Below, piece by piece: positions 12,959-24,032 of a DNA stretch of 64,000 nucleotides (position 1 is the first letter of the stretch; each line of letters begins with the position of its first letter). Location: positions 3,100,001 to 3,164,000 of the forward strand of contig NC_079238.1 in assembly GCF_027921745.1 (NCBI RefSeq), given 5' to 3'. The stretch comes from Schizosaccharomyces osmophilus (taxonomy: Eukaryota). A program made the translations under genes and the position numbers. Under the pieces are notes generated by a model. That model was not told the DNA's origin and made no database searches. It saw only the letters and a program-made list of their open reading frames with translations.

Positions 12959-13539
12959 GGAGAAAAGGAACATCAACATCAACAAGGAGAAGAAGGAAAA
13001 GGACTATAGATTATTTCTTTCATCAAAGGAAATCAACCAAGTCTGCAAGAGAGAGCAGCAAACCATGGGGATTAAAGTTGATGTTGATGTTGATGTTGGT
13101 GTTCCTTTTCTCCTGCAGACTTAAAGTAAACAATCGGCGGAGCAGATGAAAACAAGGTTTTTCGGAGTTTTGGGGATTCCGAAAAGCATCAGAAGCCGTT
13201 TGTTTAGCGATAACCTTTAGTATACACCAATGAATTCCTGCAATCATGGTAAAGCATGTGGAGAAACGCCATCATGGATCCAATCTGCAGAAGAGAAGGA
13301 GAAAGGATCTTGTATCATCGATAAGCCATCTCAATACCCAATGACTAAATTTGAAGGAGGTAGCACAGAACCTTACCGATATCTCATTTGTTGCTTCAAG
13401 TTACCTCGTTAGTCTTTTTGCATTCGCCATCGAGCCGGATATTACCGTTGAGATGAGTTTCCACTTTTGTGAGTTGGGTTATGGCGTCATTTCTAAGTAT
13501 GTTACCTAGGTTACGAGATCATGTTCTCTCCAAACATGG
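12959..13539 (+). ncRNA. Candidate structured non-coding RNA (multi-hairpin, H/ACA-like 3' half)
   Basis: 26-bp stem 12959-12984/13088-13113; stems 13127-38/13195-206, 13157-69/13175-87 and 13306-14/13512-20; AGAGAA at 13292; ACA at 13534. The G-U pairs all work on the + strand. Confidence 0.45.
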
Positions 13540-14014
13540 GTTTCTATTAGCAATTTAGGAAGGGGGAGGCGTGCTGATGATTCGAGAATGTCAGATCACT
13601 AAAGATCACGTCGGGATTCTCGCAGTTTATAATGACCCCACTTCGCCCATAGACAATATATCTCCGTGAACCATTTTTATATAAACAACAGCATCGTCGG
13701 TTTCTTTTTTTCTTTCTAGAGTAGGACTCTTCCTTCACAACAACAACTACTACTGTTCCCTTTCATCTGTTGGTTTGTTTGTTGTTTGTTTGTTTGTTTG
13801 GATTGGAAACACAATTCTTTGTCTGCCTGTGTGTTTGTACCTTTTGTTTTTCTTGATTTGCTTATTTTTGGATCCCGGTTGAGCAAATCTTTCTATTTTC
13901 TTGTTTTTCCTTTGATTCCCTTTTTGAAATACAAAAAAAGTTCTTCTTCTATCTCTCTCACTCTCTATTTGTGTCTATTCCTTTTGACGTTTCATTCAGT
14001 ACCATCTACTTACA

Positions 14015-14269
14015 ATGGATTTGGATTACTGTTTAATTTGCGGAAAGCCTACCACTGGCAACCTTTACTGCTCTAGAGAATGTCATTTACAAGATTGCCC
14101 CGGTTGCGACTCTCAATCTGAGCAATGCGCCTATTCCCATGCTGCTAGCCTTCACATGCTTTCTTCACAATACCTGGATCACTTTCGTCGACGCTCCTCG
14201 ATGCCGTCGCCTTCTACTTCTTCTTTATTGTTAAATGGCTATGCTTCTTCTCGGCTGGCCGTACTCTAA
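14015..14269 (+). CDS. ecl2: Ecl1-family extender of chronological lifespan
   Basis: MDLDYCLICGKPTTGNLYCSRECHLQD has the four-Cys Zn motif; ...HFRRRSSMPSPSTSS... matches recalled S. pombe Ecl2. Confidence 0.95.
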   Translation: MDLDYCLICGKPTTGNLYCSRECHLQDCPGCDSQSEQCAYSHAASLHMLSSQYLDHFRRRSSMPSPSTSSLLLNGYASSRLAVL

Positions 14270-15239
14270 GACCAAGTTGTTCTATCGCCGAGAAACAAAG
14301 CTGAATAACCAAACGCACTTGGTTTTGCATTTCTTGGAAGCTTCCTCACTCCATGGTAAAGACGATTAACTTTGTTTTTTGTTCTAATTTCCTTTTTCCT
14401 TTTATTCTTTTTATTTATATCAATGATGATCCACAGTTATGCAAAATGTTCATGATGATAAAAATAAGAAAAAAAAGAAAACAGAAAAAAAAATTCTCAT
14501 GACTTGCAACGATTATTATGTAATGTACAAAACAAATTCTCTCGGTTTTATTTGTTTTTCTTTTTTTTTTTTTTTTACGGGTTTCGTGTCTTATTTCTTT
14601 CTTCTCCCTCTTTTTTCCTTCTTCTCTTTTGATTCTTTGGCGTGATTCTTTCTGCTTGCATTCCTACTATCTGGGCCAATGTCACGCTTCGGGTTTGCGT
14701 TTTATTTCTTTTCTTGAAAAGCTTCGGTTACTTGCATATTTTGGCTGCCATCGTTCTCGATCTTTCTTGTTTATGGTCTTCATATTCATATCATTACCCA
14801 AACACATTTATTGTTTTTTTCTCTCTTTTCTCTCTTTTCTCTTTTTTCTCTTAGGATGTTATTTTTTCTATTCCGTTACATTCTTCTGCGGAAACATACG
14901 TTTTCTTATACCTTTAACAATGTAAAACAACAACAAAAAAATATCAAGCATGCTGTATCCTGTTGATAAACATCTTCATGGTAGAAGCAAACGTAAATGA
15001 TTGAAATACATGTATTAATTATATTTATCTATTTATTGGTTCAAGAAATAAATGAATTCCTTGTCTTTTTTATGCCTCATACACATTTCTATTGTTGTAG
15101 CTTGTACTGTTCGTATGATTTGTAATGTAGCTTTTCATTTTCATTTTTTCCTCTGTTTTTGTCGAAGAAAAAAGAAAAAAAAAAATTGGACGACTTGCGC
15201 TAGTTTTCATAGGAAGTACTAGGTGTTCCAAAAAGTGAT

Positions 15240-15311
15240 TGCCCACACCAGGAATCGAACCTGGGTCGCATCGGCCACAACGATGAGTCTTAACCACTGG
15301 ACCATGTGAGC
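15240..15311 (-). tRNA. tRNA-His(GUG)
   Basis: Reverse complement GCTCACATGGTCCAGTGGTTAAGACTCATCGTTGTGGCCGATGCGACCCAGGTTCGATTCCTGGTGTGGGCA forms a cloverleaf with GTG anticodon and GGTTCGATTCC B box, followed by a T-run terminator. Confidence 0.97.
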
Positions 15312-15812
15312 TTGTATGGTACGTTTAATATGTAAACCTATATAATTTAGTCCTTTTATAAGAGAAAACAAGAAAAAAGAGTAAACAGTTGAATCTTTTC
15401 ATTTGGGAGAGCCATAGACGTAAAACTTGATTCCTAATTATTTCTTTGATTTTCGAAATGCTTGAGGATTCTGGCTCTTCTCTGTGTTTCTACAAGACTC
15501 CTTACAAGCAATCGAACCTTTGGTAAAGAGAAGGAAGAAGAAACCTTTTTCGTTTCCTTTTCTATTTCCTTGTCCTATTCTTTTTCAACTTCCATTGATG
15601 ATTTTTCTTTTTGAAGCTACTTCCATACGTATCATATCTACTACATACCCATTTCGATTCTTTTCGTTTTCGCGTCACAAGTCAAAACTAAAGTTTCTAT
15701 GTACCAAAGATTGTTTCTAGAGCTTAAAATTCAGTGGATTATTTAAAGGGGATTGGATTGATAGCTGCATCGCGTAAATAAACTGAAACTCAACTGCTTT
15801 TTCCAACTTACC

Positions 15813-17597
15813 ATGGATACCCACAAAAGAGAAATAGAAGAGAAACGGGAAAAATTACTAAAGCTTCGTCAAGAAAAGAAAAGCTTAAAACTGGCACAGC
15901 CATTTAGTTCCATCAACATTAAGGAAGATCTCTCGCAGGTGAGTCGCGCGTCTGCCCGCTTTTGCTGCCTAGACTAACAAAACATCCAGGAACACCTTTC
16001 CTATTTTCTGAATTCCATTATAAAACAAAAAGAGCTTTATCATACTCCGGTCTCGGCCACTTCTTCAAAGAGTTCCCCCAAATCTGCCCTGAAGTTTACT
16101 CCAGTCTACGAAATCTTCAATGAACGAGCAAGCCATCCGATATTACTTTCCCAACAGCAGTCTCCACTGTCTTTTTCTTCCTTTTGCACCGGATTCGAAG
16201 TTAAAAGCAAACATTATAACGTTCACAAAGGTGATATTACTTCTAATGGAACATCGCATTCTGAAAACGATTTATTTGAACATGAAATAAAAGTAAGTGA
16301 TTTGGCTACATTGGATGAGCTGGAGTTGGGAAAAATTGGAAGCTTTCTGCAGAGCTCTTCCAAAGTAATCGAAAGAGCCCTTTGTGAAGATTCCAAGGAC
16401 TTCTTTACAGATTGCCAAGAAAAGAGATTCGATTCCATAGAAAATTCTCCATCCACAGATAAAAACAAACTAGTTTTGCGCTCGACACTGCATGATAAAA
16501 CAATCACATCCGACAGGCCTGTTAATAGTCTTGCCTACTCTACCTTCTTTGACGAACTTCTGCTAGCTTCATACTCCAACCCAGTCGGCGGTCAGCGCTC
16601 AGATGGTTTAGTGCTACTTTGGAATCAACGCTGGAAAAATTACCCAGAGTCAGTCTTAAGAGCAAATGTATGTCATTCGTCTACTATCAATTGTTAATTT
16701 TTTTAGAGTGAAATTACCGTCTGTAAATTCTCCCCCTCAAATCCTCATATCGTTGCCGGCGGTGCTTATAATGGCCAGCTATTCTTATGGGATTTGAGAC
16801 AAGGATCAAGCCCTGTACTCTCCACCAATATAATCACCGGAGGCCATATTGAACCCATTAACGATTTGACTTTTTTGAACAGTTTTTCTACTGAAAACAT
16901 AGTAACCTGTAGTACTGATGGTTACATGCATATATGGGACAGCCATACCCTTGCGAAGCCTACAGCAACAGTTCCATTGATGGCCGATGCTTGCAAGCCT
17001 ATGCAAGCATTCGCTCCTACTTGCATGAATTATACTACAGATATGAACGCTTTCATGATTGGAGCTGAAGATGGCCGCCTCCGAATTGGTAATCAACAAG
17101 ACATATTTGAACCTCAAACAAATTTAAACTCGTTTAAAAGTTTAGAAGGACATTCAGCTTATGTTACAGGATTAGATGTGATGCGTTCCAGTATCGATAT
17201 TGAACCTCTAAAAAAATCAGAAAATTATTATTTAAGTAGTTCCTTAGATTGGACAGTGAAGCTTTGGTCGACCCAAAAGTACAATCATGCAAAGCAGTCG
17301 GCGCTTGATCCCGACGACCAAAACGGCATCACTTGCATACGTGAATTTGATCACCAAGACATGGTGTTTGACGTCAAATGGAATCCTGTTCGGTCAGGAT
17401 GCTTTGCTACTGTTGATGCTGTGGGCTCTCTTTCGATATGGGACTTAAAAAAACAAAACCTGCAAACCCCAATAGTCAGCGACACACCCTCAAACTGTAA
17501 ATCGTTAAACCGTGTAGCTTGGCAACCAAAATCCGACCGACACTTAGCTTGTGGTGGTCTTGGGGGCAGTCTGTTTCTCTATGAATTGAACCTCTGA
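15813..17597 (+). CDS. dic1: Dynein intermediate chain (WD40); introns 15939-15989, 16668-16706
   Basis: N-terminal MDTHKREIEEKREKLLKLRQEK coiled coil; WD repeats including LSSSLDWTVKLW and VFDVKWNP. Both introns are phase 0 and in frame. Confidence 0.92.
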
Positions 17598-17892
17598 TTG
17601 ATGACTTGAAATTGGGAAGCTAATGATTGCTTTCATTACAATATTAGGAAGAAACCGTATATAGGATGTACACAACTATATTTAATAAAATGAAAAAAGG
17701 TTTATTGGTCTAGAATGATTTATTGTTGCACGACAACTTTCATCACAGTAATATCATGAAGGCATGGAAATAAACACGTACGTAGCGGATTAGCAACACC
17801 GAAATTGGTATAATAAAACACACATACACAAGGCAAAATCGCTAAGGAAAAGAATGTAAATAATATCTAAGATTTTCCATACGAAACTCACA

Positions 17893-18627
17893 TCAATCCT
17901 TTTCGGCAATACTTTGCAAATGTGCATCAATTTCATCGACAGATAACAGTCTGAAAGGTTTGTTCTCCTCTACCACACCAATCTGTAATTCAGTAGCCTT
18001 AAAGTCTGTACTCAGGCTGCTCATTAACGATTGAATACCGGTTTCGACAGTTTCAGTCAAATTTGGTGGAACACCATTTTTTTTGTATCGCTTTTCCAAC
18101 CAATTCATAGTTTCAGTTTGCTTAGTACCAGCACTTGTAGCTTTGTAACCGATATAAAAGCCGGCGGGATCTAATTTGTAGAGGGAAGGTCCAAACTCAT
18201 CGTCAACAGAGACAAGAGTCATAGCAACTCCTAGAGGTCTCATGGATGCACGTTGGGTAGAAACTTGTGCAATATTAGCCATACGCTTAGCTAAAACGTC
18301 ACAAGGCATAGGATAGCCATTTTTGTATTCAAACTCGGCTGCTTCGCTACGAGCTCTGGAAACTTGAGCTCGGGCATCAGCAATAGAGCCTGTCATTACA
18401 CAACCAATTCCTTTAGTAATAGGAAAAACATGGTTGACAGTTGAAGCATCAATTAGCTTGTCTGGAATCTTTTTTTGAGAAATTACACATCCACTGTTTT
18501 GACCTGTTATGCCAACGGAGGTGATTCCTGCCAAATTAAAAGCTTTGAAAGCATACTCTACTTGAAAGAGACGTCCTTCAGGAGAAAAAACCGTAATCGT
18601 CCTGTCGAATCCACGAGCTTGAGACAT
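17893..18627 (-). CDS. scl1: 20S proteasome subunit alpha 1
   Basis: Start MSQARGFDRTITVFSPEGRLFQVEYA at 18627 (alpha-type signature). Confidence 0.96.
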   Translation of the reverse strand: MSQARGFDRTITVFSPEGRLFQVEYAFKAFNLAGITSVGITGQNSGCVISQKKIPDKLIDASTVNHVFPITKGIGCVMTGSIADARAQVSRARSEAAEFEYKNGYPMPCDVLAKRMANIAQVSTQRASMRPLGVAMTLVSVDDEFGPSLYKLDPAGFYIGYKATSAGTKQTETMNWLEKRYKKNGVPPNLTETVETGIQSLMSSLSTDFKATELQIGVVEENKPFRLLSVDEIDAHLQSIAEKD

Positions 18628-20054
18628 TTTGGTAGTTGGTTGAGGGTACCTATGAGCACTGACAAGAAAGAACACTGCGCTCTTCTCTGGGACATACCGA
18701 GGTTGAAGGAGGTGTTTACAAAATGAAGGAACTTGTCTTATATTTTGTTAAATTTATAGTATGATAATAAGGTATAAACAATAAAGCAGAAAATTCATTT
18801 GACTTTGTATCCAAAGTGGAAATTTTCAATGCTTAGCTTTTATTCAGTAATTACTTATGTAGCTTTATCCATATTTGCTTTTGGAATTTGTTGAATGAAT
18901 CTTCATTTTCCGATTGCTACTTTTTTATGGCTTACATTATTTCGTCGTTTGTACATCTCGTTACCATTATATTATTATAGGATGCAACCTTTTCGTATAA
19001 TATTGGTCGCGCTCAGGTACCCTCGTAAGTAACATAAGGTAAACAAAATAATCAGTGAAATTCAAACATTTCAAGTTTTGTGACTACAATGGTATTTCTG
19101 CATTTTTAAGTAAACCATTTTTAGTATTTTTTGAGATTGAGCCGGGCGATATACACTCTGATCTGCATGGTACAGTGCGCATATCAACAATCGTACGTTC
19201 AAATGAAATTGTGCAGCTAACTAACTTGAGATCTTTCCTCGAAAAATCTAATTATTTAGCAATCGCTATTCAAGAAAAGGTAAATAGAAAGCCTATTCAT
19301 TTCCTTGATTGAATTGAACTGGAATCTATCTAGAACGTTTCATCTTAAGTCTCTTAGGAAGCATAAGCATTAAGAACAGATTCATTTAAAACCAAGGTAA
19401 AAGTATGGAATTTTAAAGCTACAAACAAACAAGAATATATGTGTTCGTTACCTAAAAGAATGGTTAGGAATCAAAGAACCTGTTGTTAGGGAAACTGTTT
19501 TAATTTCATTTATTTTTCTTTTCATTTGCTTGTTTTATGAACTTAATTGCTCGTGTATTTATCCAAAGAAATGGCCTTCTACATGGAAAAGAGTACTAGT
19601 TTCTTGCTGTTCGAGTAGTATTTATGACAAATTAGTGTTTAACAGTTGCATATTCCAGCCAAAAATATTATTCAATTTTGTAACAAATTTAACTTCTCTT
19701 CATGCAATCAATTAACCTTTTTTTTTTTTTCTGAGTGCACACTCACATACATTCGCCATTCCATCAAATGACCTCGAGCCTTGGAGCTCTTGGAACAAAT
19801 TCTTACATAATTTTACGAAAATTAAAAGTTTTTAAAAATTTATAAGAGTACTGTACAACAGACAGTCTACCGTCCTTCACTTGATATATACTTAGGGCAG
19901 TACATAGACTCAGTACACCGAAAAGAAAAGTACCATATAAAGCCCTATTCAAATCCTTTGGGAAACTTGGGTTTCCTATCCTTCATGACTGATAAATTTT
20001 GAATTTATTGAGTAGTTTATATATACGAAAAAGGCGTTCTAATTTCACACCAGT

Positions 20055-21248
20055 ATGAATGTCTTAAATGTTTACGAAAAGCATATTCTAGCAGATGAAC
20101 GCTCCTTTACTCGAGTCTCAGAAATCGAGAAGATACTAAAGTACTTGGCATATTTTCTTCCAACCGAATTTCGCACTAATGAATTAAGTTCCCAAACGAG
20201 TACGTTGAGTAAATAATCCATTTTAGCTAACGTTTCAAGTTGCTTCTGTTTTATTAATACTGCAGCAGTTCCATACAAACCTTTTGTATCGAAAAATCTC
20301 AGAATTGCCCGAACACGAACAAACATTACTGAAGAGCGAGAGGACATTGTTCATAGAACATTTCAACAAAAATAGCACTTTTTTCCAAAAAAGTTCTCAA
20401 TTACTGTTCTTAATTGATAGTTTGTCCCTCCCATCAGAAATTTTGACTGCCAAGCTTTACCCGTCGCATCAATATGATACTGTTCTCAGCGTTGAATCAC
20501 TCAAGTAAGATATAATTGCTTATTTGTCATTAACATTTAGGTTATTACTTCGCTTGCACTTGATGTACCAAACAGGTGGGTACTTGCCTTTCAAAAATCC
20601 TCTCTTGACCAGAGATTTTAATGCGAAAGACTTTATCAACATTTATGCAACATACAAAGATCCAAACAACTACATTACTCTGAAGAAGACTGGAAAGAGA
20701 GTACCCAGATTGCACTCTGTCCCTTCAAGCTTTCAACAGCTAAATCAGAGTACTCCGAAACTACACAATCTCCTTTTACAAAGTACCTCATTTCAGCCTT
20801 TAGGATTGTTACGTATTATCTCCAATCTCTTACGGGTTTTTCGTCCATTTGTATATATGCTTTTGACATGGCATTGGAAACGCACACAGCTCAGCGGTAA
20901 ATCTTCTCGTAGGCCATGGCTCCCTTGGATTTTGAGTTTTATTATGGAGGTTGCTTCAATTTACCTGAATTCAAAAGATTCCGATAAATCGAGTAAGTCT
21001 TTGCCCATGCGAGTCGAAGCATGGTCCAATCAATCAGCATTTAGAGACTATTTAGTATGGTCACTCACTCATGGAAGATTTTTTGATGAATTCACTAGGT
21101 ATGTTTCCTTCCACTGACAAAGACTAATTTATATAGACAATGGCTTGAATGTGCAGTGCGTTGGGTTGCACCTATTCCTTTCGTTGGACGCTTATTTAAT
21201 GTTTATTTCAACGAAAGTAACTACAGGTTGGAAAACTATGCTTCTTGA
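20055..21248 (+). CDS. pex16: Peroxin Pex16 family; introns 20200-20239, 20505-20540, 21099-21136
   Basis: The spliced model is in frame: MNVLNVYEKHILADERSFTRVSEIEKILKYLAYFLP...YITLKKTGKRVPRL...RPWLPWILSF...IPFVG. This is a Pex16-like pattern and fits synteny. Confidence 0.8.
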
Positions 21249-21464
21249 GGTAATAATAGACAGGCAACTTTTTATGTCGATTTACTGAAAGCAACTAAGG
21301 CAATAATCTTATAATACTTTGTTCCTTCACAGTGGTGAGAAAAAATATCTTTAGCATGATTTTTGATTATTTTAAAGCCTCATGGCAGTACTTCGCTCGT
21401 TTTTACATGCTGACATCGAGGACTAGTACAAATCTTTTTGTTATTCTGTATGAAAATAGAGATC

Positions 21465-21472
21465 TGTGACTG
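21465..21472. promoter_or_regulatory. Homol D box (TGTGACTG)
   Basis: Exact match to the fission-yeast Homol D core promoter element, in the pex16-orc5 gap. Confidence 0.4.
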
Positions 21473-21949
21473 AAAATGTTTTAAGTTACACAAAATTGCG
21501 GGTTTACTAGTGTCAAGGCAGAATATTCATGAAACGAATGATATAAGAAAAGTCTTGATTGTTGAATGGTCTTCTATTGATGGTTAGTATTTAGTACCTC
21601 AAGCCCTTCGGCAGGCTTTGTGGATTCGAATACCAACTGCTTTTTGTATATATTTTGGATAGATTGCCAATACTCACTGAAATCATAATCAATCGACAAC
21701 TCTTACATATTGACTATACCATTGATTCTCGTATAGACTGTGTCAAGTTCCGTTATTTCAAATTTTTTATTATTTTGCTAATTGATACACCATGAAAATA
21801 AAATATATAAAGTAATAGTTAACAAAATGCAAAGTCTTTCAATTCATTCCGATTAGTCTTCAGAATGTCCAAACATTTCGATTGAGTTTACCACTTCATA
21901 TTCTCTATTTTTTCGAAATACCTCTTAGTACATTAGCCTTCTCGAACGA

Positions 21950-23374
21950 ATGAAGACGAACGAACTTGAAGATAAATTAAGAGAATGCGTATATTGTAGA
22001 GACGAACAAATCGACAAGCTTGTTTCGTTGCTTTTCAATGATGATTGTAACGTCCCTTCTTTAATTCTTTACGGGGTATCAAGTACTGGTAAATCGTATC
22101 TGTTGAACCAAGCCTTAAACTTATCCAATAAAGAAGTTATTTGGATTAATTTAAAGACATGTTTCACAACGCCCTTATTGCTTTACAGGATACTTACACA
22201 CGCGGGCGTTGACCAAGACCTTGCATACAAAAAGGGAACCCATATTAGTGGGTTCTTACATCTATTACATATAAATATTTCAAAAACTGAAAAGCATGTT
22301 TACCTTGTAAGACGACGAAGTACCTTGAGTTCACAATACTAACTGCAACCGCAGGTTTTAGACCAAATAGATCAGTTTCCAGAGATATCGCCGATACTTT
22401 TTTCTATGTTTGCTGATTTAGCACTTAATACAAATCTTTCTAATCTTTCGGTGATTTTTACTCTTTCAACACATCCTGCACAATATATGGGTACACTTGC
22501 TGTACCTATCGTCTTTTTCCCGCAATATATGAAAGATGAGATATTAGAAATTTGTCAAAATACGCCTCCTGTTTTGGATTTTATCGATGAGACAGGCGAA
22601 GAAACATTCGAGGATGAAATAGAATTAAGTGTTTGGATGCAGTATTGTGGGTTCCTATGGAATGTATTTGGCTCCCATTGCCTTAATAACTATCAAGCTT
22701 TTCGAGATGTGGTAGATCTACATTGGCCTCAATTTGTGCAGCCCATTGTCAAGGGAAATGTTCATCCCGCTGACTATGCGCAGCTTCATAAGCTAGCAAA
22801 GCATGCTTTAACTTCAGATTTGACGATTAGCCGTCGTCTGCACATTATTGAACCCACAAAGATTAAATATATGCACGATGCCAAATCCGTCGATCTGCCT
22901 CTCTTGACCAAATATCTTTTAATATCTGCTTTCCTTGCATCATATAATCCCAGTCGCCTAGATGCTCAATTCTTTTCTCATGGTAAAGGTTCTAAACAGC
23001 GTGGAAGGAAGCGGAAAAATACATCGAACCAAAGCTTAGAATCGGCAAAAGGCGCAAAGAATGGTACCAGCAGGACGAAATCCACAGCAAAGCTATCACA
23101 ACTAACGCTGGGACCTAAAGCTTTTGAACTTGAGCGTCTTTTTGCGATTTATTATGCGATATGCCCGAATGGAAGGCACGTTTTATCGGCAGACGTCTTT
23201 AATCAAATTACCAGTCTAGCCTCATTGAAAATGTTGCTGCCAGCTCATAAGGGCTCATTACGTTCCTTGGACAGTCCAAGATTCAAAGTCAATGTATCAA
23301 GGGAATTCGTTATCAAAATTTCAAAATCAGTGGGTTTTCCATTGGAAAGCTATTTAGCAGATGAGCCTGTTTGA
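21950..23374 (+). CDS. orc5: Origin recognition complex subunit 5; intron 22307-22354
   Basis: Walker A LYGVSSTGKS, and C-terminal Orc5 motifs KYLLISAFLASYNP and GPKAFELERLFAIY. Confidence 0.95.
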
Positions 23375-24032
23375 CGATCTTGTGTTTGTTACTGCACAGA
23401 TCCATAGATTTACCCTGATTTATATTTATTAAAGTTCATGCAATTTACGAAAATACTGTTATTAAATAGAGAAAAAACGCATTAGTTTAGATTTAGGTAC
23501 AAAATTACGTTTTAGATAAAATACGGTTCTATTTGTATAATTACTATTTTCAGTCTCAATTACTATTCAAAGGTAACGTTATAGATCGAGTCTAACTGTT
23601 GATATCTTTTTGATCATTTTTTCGACTAAAGTCATACACATATATATACCGACGTTACTTTCTCAGACCTACCAATATTGACAACAACAAAAAAAACCAA
23701 ACTAGTGGCCTAGAAGAAATTGATATCGGATAAATTTTCTCTTCGGTCTAAAACTTCAACCACAGGAAACAATCCATTAGTAGTAATTATATATAGAAAA
23801 TCCAATGATCAACATCAAAAACATTAGTTGTATAATTTTCAAAAGGATAAAGCACTGACTTAAAAAGCCAAAATAAAAACGATCACTTCACCCAGCATAG
23901 GTTATTAGTATCAGATCAAAACCATCATAAATATGGAAACATGAGTCACGTTGGGAAACAATAAAAGGTAAGACCAGAAATGAAGCCCTCCATTTGGAAG
24001 AGGAAATAAGTTAGACAAAATATTCATGCAAT

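Noticed and set aside
13060..13070. AAACCAT resembling the snR30/U17 m2 motif
   Set aside because: No upstream m1 (ATATTCCTA) in the required arrangement.
12030..13124. ORFs with poly-F, poly-S, poly-L, ATATAT and CYCY runs
   Set aside because: They are translations of microsatellites and homopolymers, open in several frames at once, with no coding signal.
13521..13528. TGTTCTC as an snR37-like guide for 25S GGGAAC(A/G)-Psi
   Set aside because: The 5' pocket strand does not complement AGCUGGG and the spacing to ACA is too short.
12480..13560. Telomerase RNA (TER1) as identity of the structured island; GTATGT at 13497
   Set aside because: No telomere-template-like sequence or AU-rich Sm site abutting the donor, and the neighbourhood does not fit my recollection of the TER1 locus.
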